Source: Vicinamibacteria bacterium
GTDB lineage: Bacteria > Acidobacteriota > Vicinamibacteria > Fen-336
Direction: 5' to 3'
Length of the DNA: 64,000 nt
Assembly (NCBI GenBank): GCA_023701125.1
Contig: JAMPXO010000012.1
Location: 2,130 to 66,129 of the forward strand
Under the pieces are notes generated by a model that did not search any database, had not been told where the DNA came from, and saw only the letters and a list, made by a program, of their open reading frames with translations. The translations under genes and the position numbers were made by a program. Shown piece by piece: positions 56,520-64,000 of this stretch. Positions within the stretch are counted from its first letter, which is position 1, and each line of letters opens with the position of its first letter.

Positions 56520-56608
56520 CCTGTTCCCACCGCAGGAGGATCCTCCCGCCGGCTCGCCACCGCGCCGCGCACGAGGCGCCGCAGCCGGCTGCCAGGAGGA
56601 CCACTTCG

Positions 56609-59600
56609 ATGAAACGCTCCACGCTTGCCACCCTCGCGCTCGCCGCGACCGTCTTCGCCGCGGCGGCGTCCGCTGCCGCGGCGACGGACGAGGCGCGCTT
56701 CATGGCCCGGCCGGATGTCCATGGCGACCGCATCGTCTTCGCCTGGGACGGAGACCTGTGGGTCACCACCGTGACCGGCGCGGCGCCGGTGCGGCTGACC
56801 AGCCACCCCGCCGCCGAGACCGCGCCGCGCTTCTCGCCCGACGGCCAGTGGATCGCCTTCGTCGGCGCGTACGACGGCAGCGACGACGTGTACGTGATCC
56901 CGTCCGCGGGCGGCTTGCCGAAGCGGCTGGGCTTCCTGCCGGGCGGCGGCACGCCTGCCTGCTGGACGCCGGACTCCCGCCACGTCGTGTTCGCGAGCCG
57001 CTGGGGCGTCGGGCCGGTGGCCCGCGATCAGCGGCTGTACCGGGTCGCGCTCGACGGCTCGCTGCCGGAGCCGCTGCCGCTCGACCGCGGGGTCGCGTGC
57101 AGCTATTCGGCGGACGGCCAGCGCCTGGCCTACGTCCGCAAGGGCAACCAGGACTACTACTGGAAGCGCTACAAGGGCGGCCAGTACACCGACATCTGGA
57201 TGTACGACGTCGCGACCGCCGCGTTCGCACCGCTGACCGACTACGTCGGCCGCAACACGTACCCGATGTGGGTCGGCGACCAGATCTACTTCGCCTCCGA
57301 CCGCGGGCCCGGCGGCATCACCAACCTGTTCCGGATGGACCCGAAGACGAAGGCCGTCGAACAGGTCACCCACTTCACCGACGTCGACGTGCTGAGCCCG
57401 GGCGCGGACCGCAAGCGGATCGTCTTCACCCAGGACGGCTACCTGCACGTGATGGAGCCGGGCGCGGCTCCGCGCAAGGTGAGCGTGCGCATCCCCTCGG
57501 ACGACTGGCGGCTGCACGACCGCTGGATCAACCCCGCCGAGTACACCCAGTCGGTCGACGCCGCGGGCGACGGCAAGGCGCTGGTGATCTCGGCCCGTGG
57601 CGACGTGTTCCGGCTGGCGCTGGAGGGCGAGAAGGACGTGCGCCCGCGCAACCTGACCGGCACCCCCGGCGTGCGCGAGGCGAACCCGCGAGTGTCCCCC
57701 GACGGCAAGAGCGTCGCGTACTTCTCGGACGAGACCGGCGAGTACCAGCTCTACAAGCGCGAGATCGCCACCGGCGCGGTCACCCGCCTGACCGACGACC
57801 TGAAGCGCACGCCCTACAAGCCGATCTGGTCGCCCGACGGCAAGAAGCTGGCCTTCGGCAACCGCGACTTCGTGATCTTCGTGCTCGACGTCGCCACCCG
57901 GAAGCTGACCCGGGTCGACGAGTCGCGCTTCCTCGACAACGACCAGTTCACCTGGGAGCAGGCCGACTACGCGTGGTCGCCCGACGGCCGCTGGCTCGCC
58001 TACTCGTTGACTCGTGAGAACCGCAACAACGCGATCTATCTCTACGACACCGTGAGCGCCCAGCGCACGCCACTGACCGACGACTTCTTCGACAACCTGA
58101 ACCCGCGCTGGGACGCTGACGGCGGCTTCCTGTACTTCCTCTCCAACCGCAACTTCGAGATCGGGATGGACGTGTTCGAGGACAACCATGTGGTCGTCAA
58201 CCCGACCCGCCTGATGGTGGTCCAGTTGCGCAAGGGCGAGAAGCCCCCGTTTGCCAAGCCGGTGCTGCCGGAGGCGGACAAACCCGCCGAGACGCCGGCG
58301 AAGACGCCCGACAGGGCGGCCGACAAGCCGGCCGCGAAGCCCGACGACGCGCGCTTCCGGGTCGACGTCGAGGGCATCGCCGCGCGTGTGTTCCAGGCCC
58401 CGGTCGATCCGGGCCACTTCTTCCACCTGGTGGCCGGCAAGGGCCACGCGGCGTGGCTGTCGGTGCCGCAGTTCACCGAGGACGAGTACGAGGAGTTCTA
58501 CCGCGTCGGCGGCCGCACCAAGTGGACGCTGAACGTCTTCTCGATGAAGGACGAGAAGGTGGTCGCGGCCGACGACAAGGTCGCCCAGGCCGAGATCTCG
58601 GCCAACGGCGAGCAGGTGGTGATCCGCAAGGACGGCAAGCTGTTCCTGACCCAGCTCGACAAGGTCTACGCGTCGAAAAAGCTCGGCCGCGAGGTCGAGA
58701 CCGCCGGGCTCACGTACCGCGTGTCGCCGCGGGCGGAGTGGCGGCAGATCTTCGCCGACGCCTGGCGCTGGTACCGCGACTTCTTCTACGACAAGGACAT
58801 GCACGGCCTCGACTGGAAGGCGCTCGGCGACCGCTACCGCGCGTACGTCGAGCAGATCCGCAACCGCGACCAGCTCAACTGGGTGCTGCTGCAGATGGTC
58901 GGCGAGCTGTCCGTGTCGCACACCTACGTCGGCGGCGGCGACATGGGCCCGTCGGTCACCCCGCCCACTCCGGCCGTCTCGACGGCAAGCCTCGGCGTCG
59001 ACCTCGCCGCCGACGCCGCCTCCGGCCTCTACCGCTTCGCCCGCATCTACGGCCCGACGCCGTACTTCAGCCAGGTGCAGACGCCGCTCGCGCGCCCGGA
59101 CATCGAGCTGAAGAAGGGCGACTACCTGATCGCGATCAACGGCCAGAAGCTGCGCGCGCCCGAGAACTACTTCAAGCTGCTCCAGGTCGGCAAGGAGGAC
59201 CTGGTCGAGGTGACCGTGGCCAGCGCCCCGACGGGGCCGACCCGCACGTACCGGGTCAAGCCGTTGCGCACCGAGCGCGAGGCCCGCTACGCGGCGTGGG
59301 TCAGCGACAACGTCGACAAGGTGCTGGCGGCGTCGAACGGCGAGCTCGGCTACATGCACATCACCGCGATGGGCGGCGGCGGCGTGATGGAGTTCGACAA
59401 GTTCTGGCGCGCGTTCCGCTACAAGAAGGGGCTCGTGATCGACGTCCGCGGCAACGGCGGCGGCTGGACCGAGTACTTCATGATCGACAAGCTCGAGCGC
59501 CAGCAGGTGGCGTACAACGTGCTGCACGGCATGGAGCCCTACCGCTACCCGAACACCGCCTCGCGCGCCCACTTCGTGGTCGTCTCCAACGAGGACAACG

Positions 59601-59941
59601 GCTCGGACGGCGAGGCCTTCGTCGAGCACTTCAAGGCCCGCCAGCTCGGCACCGTGGTCGGCGTGCCGTCGTGGGGCGGCCTGGTCGGCATCATCAACGG
59701 CCAGCCGACGATCGACAACGGCACCGTCCACCAGTCGAACAACGCGTTCTACGGCAAGGACGGGAAGTGGCTGGTCGAGAACCACGGCGCCGACCCGGAC
59801 GTGCTGATCGACAACGACCCGGCCTCGGTCACGGCGGGCAAGGACGCCCAGCTCGACAAGGCGATCGCGGTGGCGCTGGAGAAAATCAAGACCGAGCCCT
59901 GGCAGTTCCCGCCAGTGCCGGCGTATCCGAAGAAGAAGTAG
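56609..59941 (+). CDS. Tricorn-protease-like S41 peptidase with tandem beta-propellers and PDZ
   Basis: Signal peptide after AGGAGGA-ATG. The N-terminal block RFMARPDVHGDRIVFAWDGDLW... and the C-terminal S41 block (VIDVRGNGGG) match. About 1110 aa. Confidence 0.88.
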   Translation: MKRSTLATLALAATVFAAAASAAAATDEARFMARPDVHGDRIVFAWDGDLWVTTVTGAAPVRLTSHPAAETAPRFSPDGQWIAFVGAYDGSDDVYVIPSAGGLPKRLGFLPGGGTPACWTPDSRHVVFASRWGVGPVARDQRLYRVALDGSLPEPLPLDRGVACSYSADGQRLAYVRKGNQDYYWKRYKGGQYTDIWMYDVATAAFAPLTDYVGRNTYPMWVGDQIYFASDRGPGGITNLFRMDPKTKAVEQVTHFTDVDVLSPGADRKRIVFTQDGYLHVMEPGAAPRKVSVRIPSDDWRLHDRWINPAEYTQSVDAAGDGKALVISARGDVFRLALEGEKDVRPRNLTGTPGVREANPRVSPDGKSVAYFSDETGEYQLYKREIATGAVTRLTDDLKRTPYKPIWSPDGKKLAFGNRDFVIFVLDVATRKLTRVDESRFLDNDQFTWEQADYAWSPDGRWLAYSLTRENRNNAIYLYDTVSAQRTPLTDDFFDNLNPRWDADGGFLYFLSNRNFEIGMDVFEDNHVVVNPTRLMVVQLRKGEKPPFAKPVLPEADKPAETPAKTPDRAADKPAAKPDDARFRVDVEGIAARVFQAPVDPGHFFHLVAGKGHAAWLSVPQFTEDEYEEFYRVGGRTKWTLNVFSMKDEKVVAADDKVAQAEISANGEQVVIRKDGKLFLTQLDKVYASKKLGREVETAGLTYRVSPRAEWRQIFADAWRWYRDFFYDKDMHGLDWKALGDRYRAYVEQIRNRDQLNWVLLQMVGELSVSHTYVGGGDMGPSVTPPTPAVSTASLGVDLAADAASGLYRFARIYGPTPYFSQVQTPLARPDIELKKGDYLIAINGQKLRAPENYFKLLQVGKEDLVEVTVASAPTGPTRTYRVKPLRTEREARYAAWVSDNVDKVLAASNGELGYMHITAMGGGGVMEFDKFWRAFRYKKGLVIDVRGNGGGWTEYFMIDKLERQQVAYNVLHGMEPYRYPNTASRAHFVVVSNEDNGSDGEAFVEHFKARQLGTVVGVPSWGGLVGIINGQPTIDNGTVHQSNNAFYGKDGKWLVENHGADPDVLIDNDPASVTAGKDAQLDKAIAVALEKIKTEPWQFPPVPAYPKKK

Positions 59942-60577
59942 CTACTTCGCGGCGAGCTTCGCGGCTTCGTCAGGGGTGGTCTGCGAGCGGGCGGGGCTCT
60001 TTCCGAACCAGCGCATCGGAGGGATCGGCCGGCCGGCCGCGCAGCTCTCGATCAAGATCGCCAGGCGCTTCTCGCGCGTGTCTTCCTTCTTTGCGCTCAT
60101 CACCCACTGCTTCGCGGCGGCGCGGTACGAGGGCGCCTGCGCCTGAAAGTACTTCCACGCCGCCTCGTCCGCGCGCAGCGCCTTCAGCCCCGCGGCGCTC
60201 AGCTCGATGGAGTGACGCTGCTCATACGAATACGGCCCTGCCTGGACCTTGCTCCGTCGCTCGTACGCGCGCAGCCCGGACGGCTGCATGCGCCGCTGGG
60301 CGATCAGCTCCTTCACGCGCTTCAGGTTCACGGCGCTCCAGTGGCTGCTCGGCTTGCGCGGAGTGAAACGAATCGTGTAGCTCTCCTCGCCGAGGCTCGT
60401 CCGCACCCCGTCGATCCAGCCGTAACACAGGGCCTCGTCGACCGACTGGGGCCAGGTGAGGCTCGGCTTGCCGGTCTTGGCCTTGTGGAAGCCGACCAGC
60501 AGCTCGCTGTGGGTGTCGTGATGCGCCTCGAGCCAGGCGCCGAACTGCGCGGGAGTGGCGAAGAACCGCGGTTTCAT
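59942..60577 (-). CDS. YdeI/OmpD-associated family protein
   Basis: FATPAQFGAWLEAHH...ELLVGFHK...EALCYGWIDG is the typical YdeI (DUF1801-related) N-terminus. ATGA overlap with the upstream peroxiredoxin stop. Confidence 0.8.
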   Translation of the reverse strand: MKPRFFATPAQFGAWLEAHHDTHSELLVGFHKAKTGKPSLTWPQSVDEALCYGWIDGVRTSLGEESYTIRFTPRKPSSHWSAVNLKRVKELIAQRRMQPSGLRAYERRSKVQAGPYSYEQRHSIELSAAGLKALRADEAAWKYFQAQAPSYRAAAKQWVMSAKKEDTREKRLAILIESCAAGRPIPPMRWFGKSPARSQTTPDEAAKLAAK

Positions 60578-61086
60578 GGCAGCCCCAGCGCGGCGAGCTT
60601 CGCGGCGATGTCGTTGCCCGCGGAGCTCGTCTTCACGTCCTTGTCGACGAACAGGATTCGGCCGTCGGCGCCGATGTAGAACGTCCAGCGCTTCGCCACG
60701 CCGACCAGCGGCATCAACACCCCGTACGCCTTCGCGACCTGCTTGTCGGGGTCGGACAGGATCGGGTAGTCGAGGCCGAGCGAACGCGCGAACTCCGCGT
60801 TCTTCTGCGGCGGGTCGACGCTGGCGGCGAAGTGGACGACGTCGAATGCCCGGATCTTCTCGCCGCTCTCACGGAGCGACTTGCACTCCCGCGTTCAACC
60901 CGAAGTCGCCGCCTTCGGGAACCAGGCCAGGACGACGGCCTTGCCGCGCAGCGCGGCCAGCGTGTGGGAGCGGCCGTCCGAGCCGACCAGGGTGAAGTCG
61001 GGGGCGGCGTCGCCCGGCTTCAGGTCGGCGCCCGAAGCCGTCCACGACGCCAGCAGCGACAGACCGATGCTGGCCGGGTTCCGCAT
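60574..61086 (-). CDS. Secreted BCP/AhpC-TSA-type peroxiredoxin with selenocysteine (TGA 60895-60897) at the peroxidatic position
   Basis: My translation across the TGA: ...GKAVVLAWFPKAATSG-U-TRECKSLRESGEKIRAFDVVHFAASVDPPQKNAEFARSLGLDYPILSDPDKQVAKAYGV...RWTFYIGADGRI... The TGA aligns with Cys of the F/YPKA.T.GCT.E Prx motif. The reading frame, GC3 and family similarity all continue for 106 codons after it. Confidence 0.8.
60870..60893 (-). promoter_or_regulatory. Candidate bacterial SECIS hairpin
   Basis: Minus-strand RNA immediately 3' of the UGA: A-CGCGGGAGUG[CAAGU]CGCUCCGUG. This gives about 9 bp including G.U pairs and one bulged G. The apical loop carries GU 15-16 nt after the UGA. Confidence 0.4.
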
Positions 61087-61218
61087 CTTCAACAGGCCCT
61101 CCGCTAGACGACGCTCGATTGTCCCGCCGCCGCCCCACGACCACAAGGCGCGCGGCCCGCCACTCGCACGGCGCGCGGGAGTAGGATCACTAGGTTTTTC
61201 GACAGCGGGGCCCGCCCG

Positions 61219-63171
61219 ATGGAACCTCTTGATCCACCCCTCGACTACACCGCGGTCGGCCTCATCTCGGGCCTGGAGGTGCACCAGCAGCTCCTGACCG
61301 AGCGGAAGCTGTTCTGCCACTGTCCCGCCGGGCGCTACACCCGCACGCACGACGGCACGGTGCTGCGCCACATGCGGCCGACGCTCTCGGAGCTGGGCGT
61401 CTACGACGGCACGGCGCTGATGGAGTTCAAGACCAAGAAGCACATCGTCTACCTCCTCAACCGCGCCAACACCTGCACCTACGAGATGGACGACACGCCG
61501 CCCTTCCCCGTCAACCAGGCGGCGATCGATGTGGCGATCGAGCAGTGCCTGATGCTCGGCTGCGACATCGTCGACGAGGTCCACATCGCGCGGAAGCAGT
61601 ACCTCGACGGCTCGATCCCCACCGGCTTCCAGCGCACCGCGATCGTCGGCGTCAACGGCCAGCTCCCGTTCCGCGGCCGCCACCTCTCGATCACCCAGGT
61701 CAGCGTGGAAGAGGACTCGTGCCGCGAGGTCTCCGACCGCGGCCACCTGATCGTGTGGCGCACCGACCGCCTCGGCATGCCGCTGATCGAGACGGTCACC
61801 GGGCCCGACCTGCGCACGCCGGACGAGGTCGAAGAGGCGATCCTGCTGGTCGGCCGCGTGTGCCGCTCGACCGGCCACGTCCGAGTCGGCATGGGCGCCA
61901 GCCGCCAGGACGTCAACGTGTCGGTCCGCGGCGGCCGGCGGGTCGAGATCAAGGGCGTGCCGCAGGCGGGCTGGGCGCCGCGGCTCGTCCACGGCGAGGC
62001 GTGGCGCCAGGTCAACCTGCTGCGCCTGCGCGACGAGTTGCACGGCCGCGGCTTCCGCGCGGCCGCCGACCTCCGGGTCGAGACGGCCGATGTCACGGCA
62101 CTCGCGGCCGTGTCCCGCCTCGCCCCGCTGTGCGCGGAGAACTGGGAGGCGTTCGTGCGCGGCCAGAGCCGGCGGCCGGACTTCGAGCTCGGCCCGGGCC
62201 CCTTCCGCGTGCTCGCCGTGCGCCTCGTCGGCCTGGCCGGCACGCTCGCCTGGCCGACCCAGCCGCGGCGCACGTTTGCCGACGAGCTGAAGGGCCGCGT
62301 GCGAGTGATCGCCGGCCTCGACCAGGCGCCGATCCTGTTCCACTCCGAGGACTGGCCGCCCGCTGCCGCGGACGAGCTGGCGCCGCTGCGGGCTGCGGCC
62401 GGTTGCGGCGAACGCGACGGGCTGGTCGTCGTCTGGGGGCCGGAGCGCGACGTGCGCACCGCCGCGGACGAGATCCGGCTCCGCTACGTGGACGCCACCG
62501 ACGGCGTGCCGAACGAGACGCGGCAGCCGTTCGTCGACGGCTCGACCGACTTCGAGCGCATCCTGCCGGGGCCGGACCGGATGTACCCGGACACCGACTC
62601 CCCGCCCACCCGCGTCACCCGCGAGCGCGTCGACGGCCTGCGCACGACCCTGCCCGAGCGCCCGTGGGAACGCGAGAGCCGGTACGCGACGGCGGGCGTG
62701 CCGATCCACGTCGCCCACTACCTGATCCGCCGCGGCGGGGCTGCGCTCGTGGACCGCGTCGTCGACGAGGCCGGCGCGGACCTGCGCTTCACCGCCTTCT
62801 TCTTCGGCGAGCGGCTCAAGGGCCTGCGCCGCGCCGGCGTCGATGTCGACGCGGTCGCCGCCGACGCGTGGGTTGCGCTGTTCCACGCCATCGCCGCCCG
62901 ACCCGAGCTGCGTGAGGCCTGGGCACCACTGGCCCGGCGGATGGCGGCCGGCGAAGCGCTCGACGCCGTGCTCGGCGAGTTCACCGCGCAGGTCGACTGG
63001 CGAGCGGGGCTCGCGGAGTGGATGCAGGCGGCGGAGCGCGAGGCCTACGACGGCAACCGAGACCGCCTGCTGCGCCACGCGACGGGCAAGGCGATGGACG
63101 CCCTGCGCGGTCGCGTCTTCGCGGGGCTGGTGACCGAGGCCGTGAGAGCGGCCGTGGAGGCGAAGGCATGA
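61219..63171 (+). CDS. gatE: Glu-tRNA(Gln) amidotransferase subunit E (archaeal-type GatE)
   Basis: GLEVHQQL...KLFCHC, RPTLSELG, EMDDTPPFP and the GatE-specific ARKQYLDGSIPTGFQRT (GatB has RKNYFYPDLPKGYQISQ). 650 aa with a GatB/YqeY-like tail. Confidence 0.88.
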   Translation: MEPLDPPLDYTAVGLISGLEVHQQLLTERKLFCHCPAGRYTRTHDGTVLRHMRPTLSELGVYDGTALMEFKTKKHIVYLLNRANTCTYEMDDTPPFPVNQAAIDVAIEQCLMLGCDIVDEVHIARKQYLDGSIPTGFQRTAIVGVNGQLPFRGRHLSITQVSVEEDSCREVSDRGHLIVWRTDRLGMPLIETVTGPDLRTPDEVEEAILLVGRVCRSTGHVRVGMGASRQDVNVSVRGGRRVEIKGVPQAGWAPRLVHGEAWRQVNLLRLRDELHGRGFRAAADLRVETADVTALAAVSRLAPLCAENWEAFVRGQSRRPDFELGPGPFRVLAVRLVGLAGTLAWPTQPRRTFADELKGRVRVIAGLDQAPILFHSEDWPPAAADELAPLRAAAGCGERDGLVVVWGPERDVRTAADEIRLRYVDATDGVPNETRQPFVDGSTDFERILPGPDRMYPDTDSPPTRVTRERVDGLRTTLPERPWERESRYATAGVPIHVAHYLIRRGGAALVDRVVDEAGADLRFTAFFFGERLKGLRRAGVDVDAVAADAWVALFHAIAARPELREAWAPLARRMAAGEALDAVLGEFTAQVDWRAGLAEWMQAAEREAYDGNRDRLLRHATGKAMDALRGRVFAGLVTEAVRAAVEAKA

Positions 63172-64000
63172 ACGCCCCCGATCCGCTCAAGGGCTACCGG
63201 GGCCGGGCGCGGGCCCGGCTCGAGGGCTTCGGCGTCCGCGTGTGGAGCGACGTGGTGGCCACCAACGACGCGGGCAGCGCCTTCGAGGGCGTGATCCTGC
63301 CCCGCTCCGAGTCGGCCGACGACGAGCACGTCGTGCTCAAGCTGAAGACCGGCTACAACGTCGGCCTCCACGTCGACCGCCTGCGCTCGATGCGCGAGAT
63401 CGGCTACAAGGAAGCGATCTACAAGATCCCGGAGCAGGAGTTCCCCTCGCGGCCGCACCTGCCGAAGGTGACCCTGCTCGGCACCGGCGGCACCATCGCT
63501 TCGCGGCTCGACTACCGCACCGGCGCGGTGATCCCCGCGTTCACGCCGGGCGAGCTGTACGGCGCTGTGCCCGAGCTGGCCGATCTCGCCAACCTGACCA
63601 CGAAGAAGCTGTTCGGCGTGTTCTCCGAGAACATGGCCAAGCCGCAGTACGTCGAGCTGGCCGAGGCCATCGGCCGCGAGATCGCGGAGGGCGTCGACGG
63701 TATCGTGATCGGCCACGGCACCGACACCATGGGCCACACGGCCGCGATCCTCTCGTTCATGGTCCAGGACACACCGGTGCCGATCGTGATGGTCGGCTCG
63801 CAGCGCTCGAGCGATCGCCCCTCGAGCGATGCCGCGTTGAACCTGATCCACGCGGTGCGAGCGGCGGGCCGCGGCCGGATCGCCGAGGTCCAGATCTGCA
63901 TGTTCGGCCCGACCTCGGACCAGTACGCGCTGCTCCACCGCGGCACCCGCTGCCGCAAGATGCACAGCTCCTACCGCTCGACGTTCCGCACCCTCGGCGG
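63168..64000 (+). CDS. gatD: Glu-tRNA(Gln) amidotransferase subunit D (archaeal-type GatD, asparaginase-like), 3'-truncated by the window
   Basis: My own translation: GatD N-domain, then the asparaginase motifs LLGTGGTIAS and GHGTDTM. ATGA overlap with the gatE stop. It is absent from the ORF track because it has no stop in the window. Confidence 0.88.
   Translation, partial: MNAPDPLKGYRGRARARLEGFGVRVWSDVVATNDAGSAFEGVILPRSESADDEHVVLKLKTGYNVGLHVDRLRSMREIGYKEAIYKIPEQEFPSRPHLPKVTLLGTGGTIASRLDYRTGAVIPAFTPGELYGAVPELADLANLTTKKLFGVFSENMAKPQYVELAEAIGREIAEGVDGIVIGHGTDTMGHTAAILSFMVQDTPVPIVMVGSQRSSDRPSSDAALNLIHAVRAAGRGRIAEVQICMFGPTSDQYALLHRGTRCRKMHSSYRSTFRTLG

Noticed and set aside
59935-59948. A perfect 14-bp palindrome, GAAGTAGCTACTTC, formed by the abutting stop codons of the convergent tricorn-like and ydeI genes.
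   Set aside because: It has no loop, so it cannot form a useful hairpin. It is most simply explained by both genes ending in AAG TAG. It is noted only as a curiosity.

Overview
This is a 64 kb, very GC-rich (roughly 70% by eye) stretch of bacterial chromosome. It is densely coded on both strands, and no transposase, integrase, CRISPR array or rRNA is visible. Bacterial hallmarks include ileS-lspA-lgt, an OprO/P-type porin, a bacterial-type initiator tRNA-fMet and an 8/5-type tRNA-Sec. The STK, FHA, TPR and multihaem content suggests a Myxococcota- or Acidobacteriota-like organism, but this is inference only.

Housekeeping and metabolic genes:
- ileS, lspA, lgt, rluD, a NUDIX hydrolase and terC
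- myo-inositol-1-phosphate synthase
- a complete sulfate-uptake operon: Rrf2 regulator, porin, sbp, cysT, cysW, cysA
- metH, trxC, ispH and an oleABCD olefin cluster
- a GH63-like glycosidase, an S9 peptidase and a tricorn-like peptidase

Noteworthy items:
1. A peroxiredoxin has an in-frame TGA exactly at the peroxidatic Cys position, followed by a hairpin. A tRNA-Sec gene lies in the same window.
2. An archaeal-type gatE-gatD pair sits on this bacterial contig.
3. A tightly coupled five-gene operon ends in the initiator tRNA. It encodes a 2x cNMP-binding domain fused to a 4x[4Fe-4S] protein, a His-rich membrane protein, a decahaem cytochrome c, a double-FHA protein and a Clp/Hsp100 ATPase. 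The ATPase has lost both pore-loop tyrosines.
4. Two unrelated photoreceptor genes lie about 6 kb apart. One is a photoactive yellow protein with a natural Y42F substitution, followed by a zf-HC2 membrane protein. The other is a CarH-type B12 photoreceptor (Wx9EH and ExHxxG motifs) followed by an RsbW-like kinase.
5. A structured roughly 80 nt intergenic repeat family is present, with one tandem pair overlapping the metH stop codon.
6. A Ser/Thr kinase is bracketed by inverted TPR paralogues.

All calls rest on reading the translations, motifs and sequence by eye. No database search was run.
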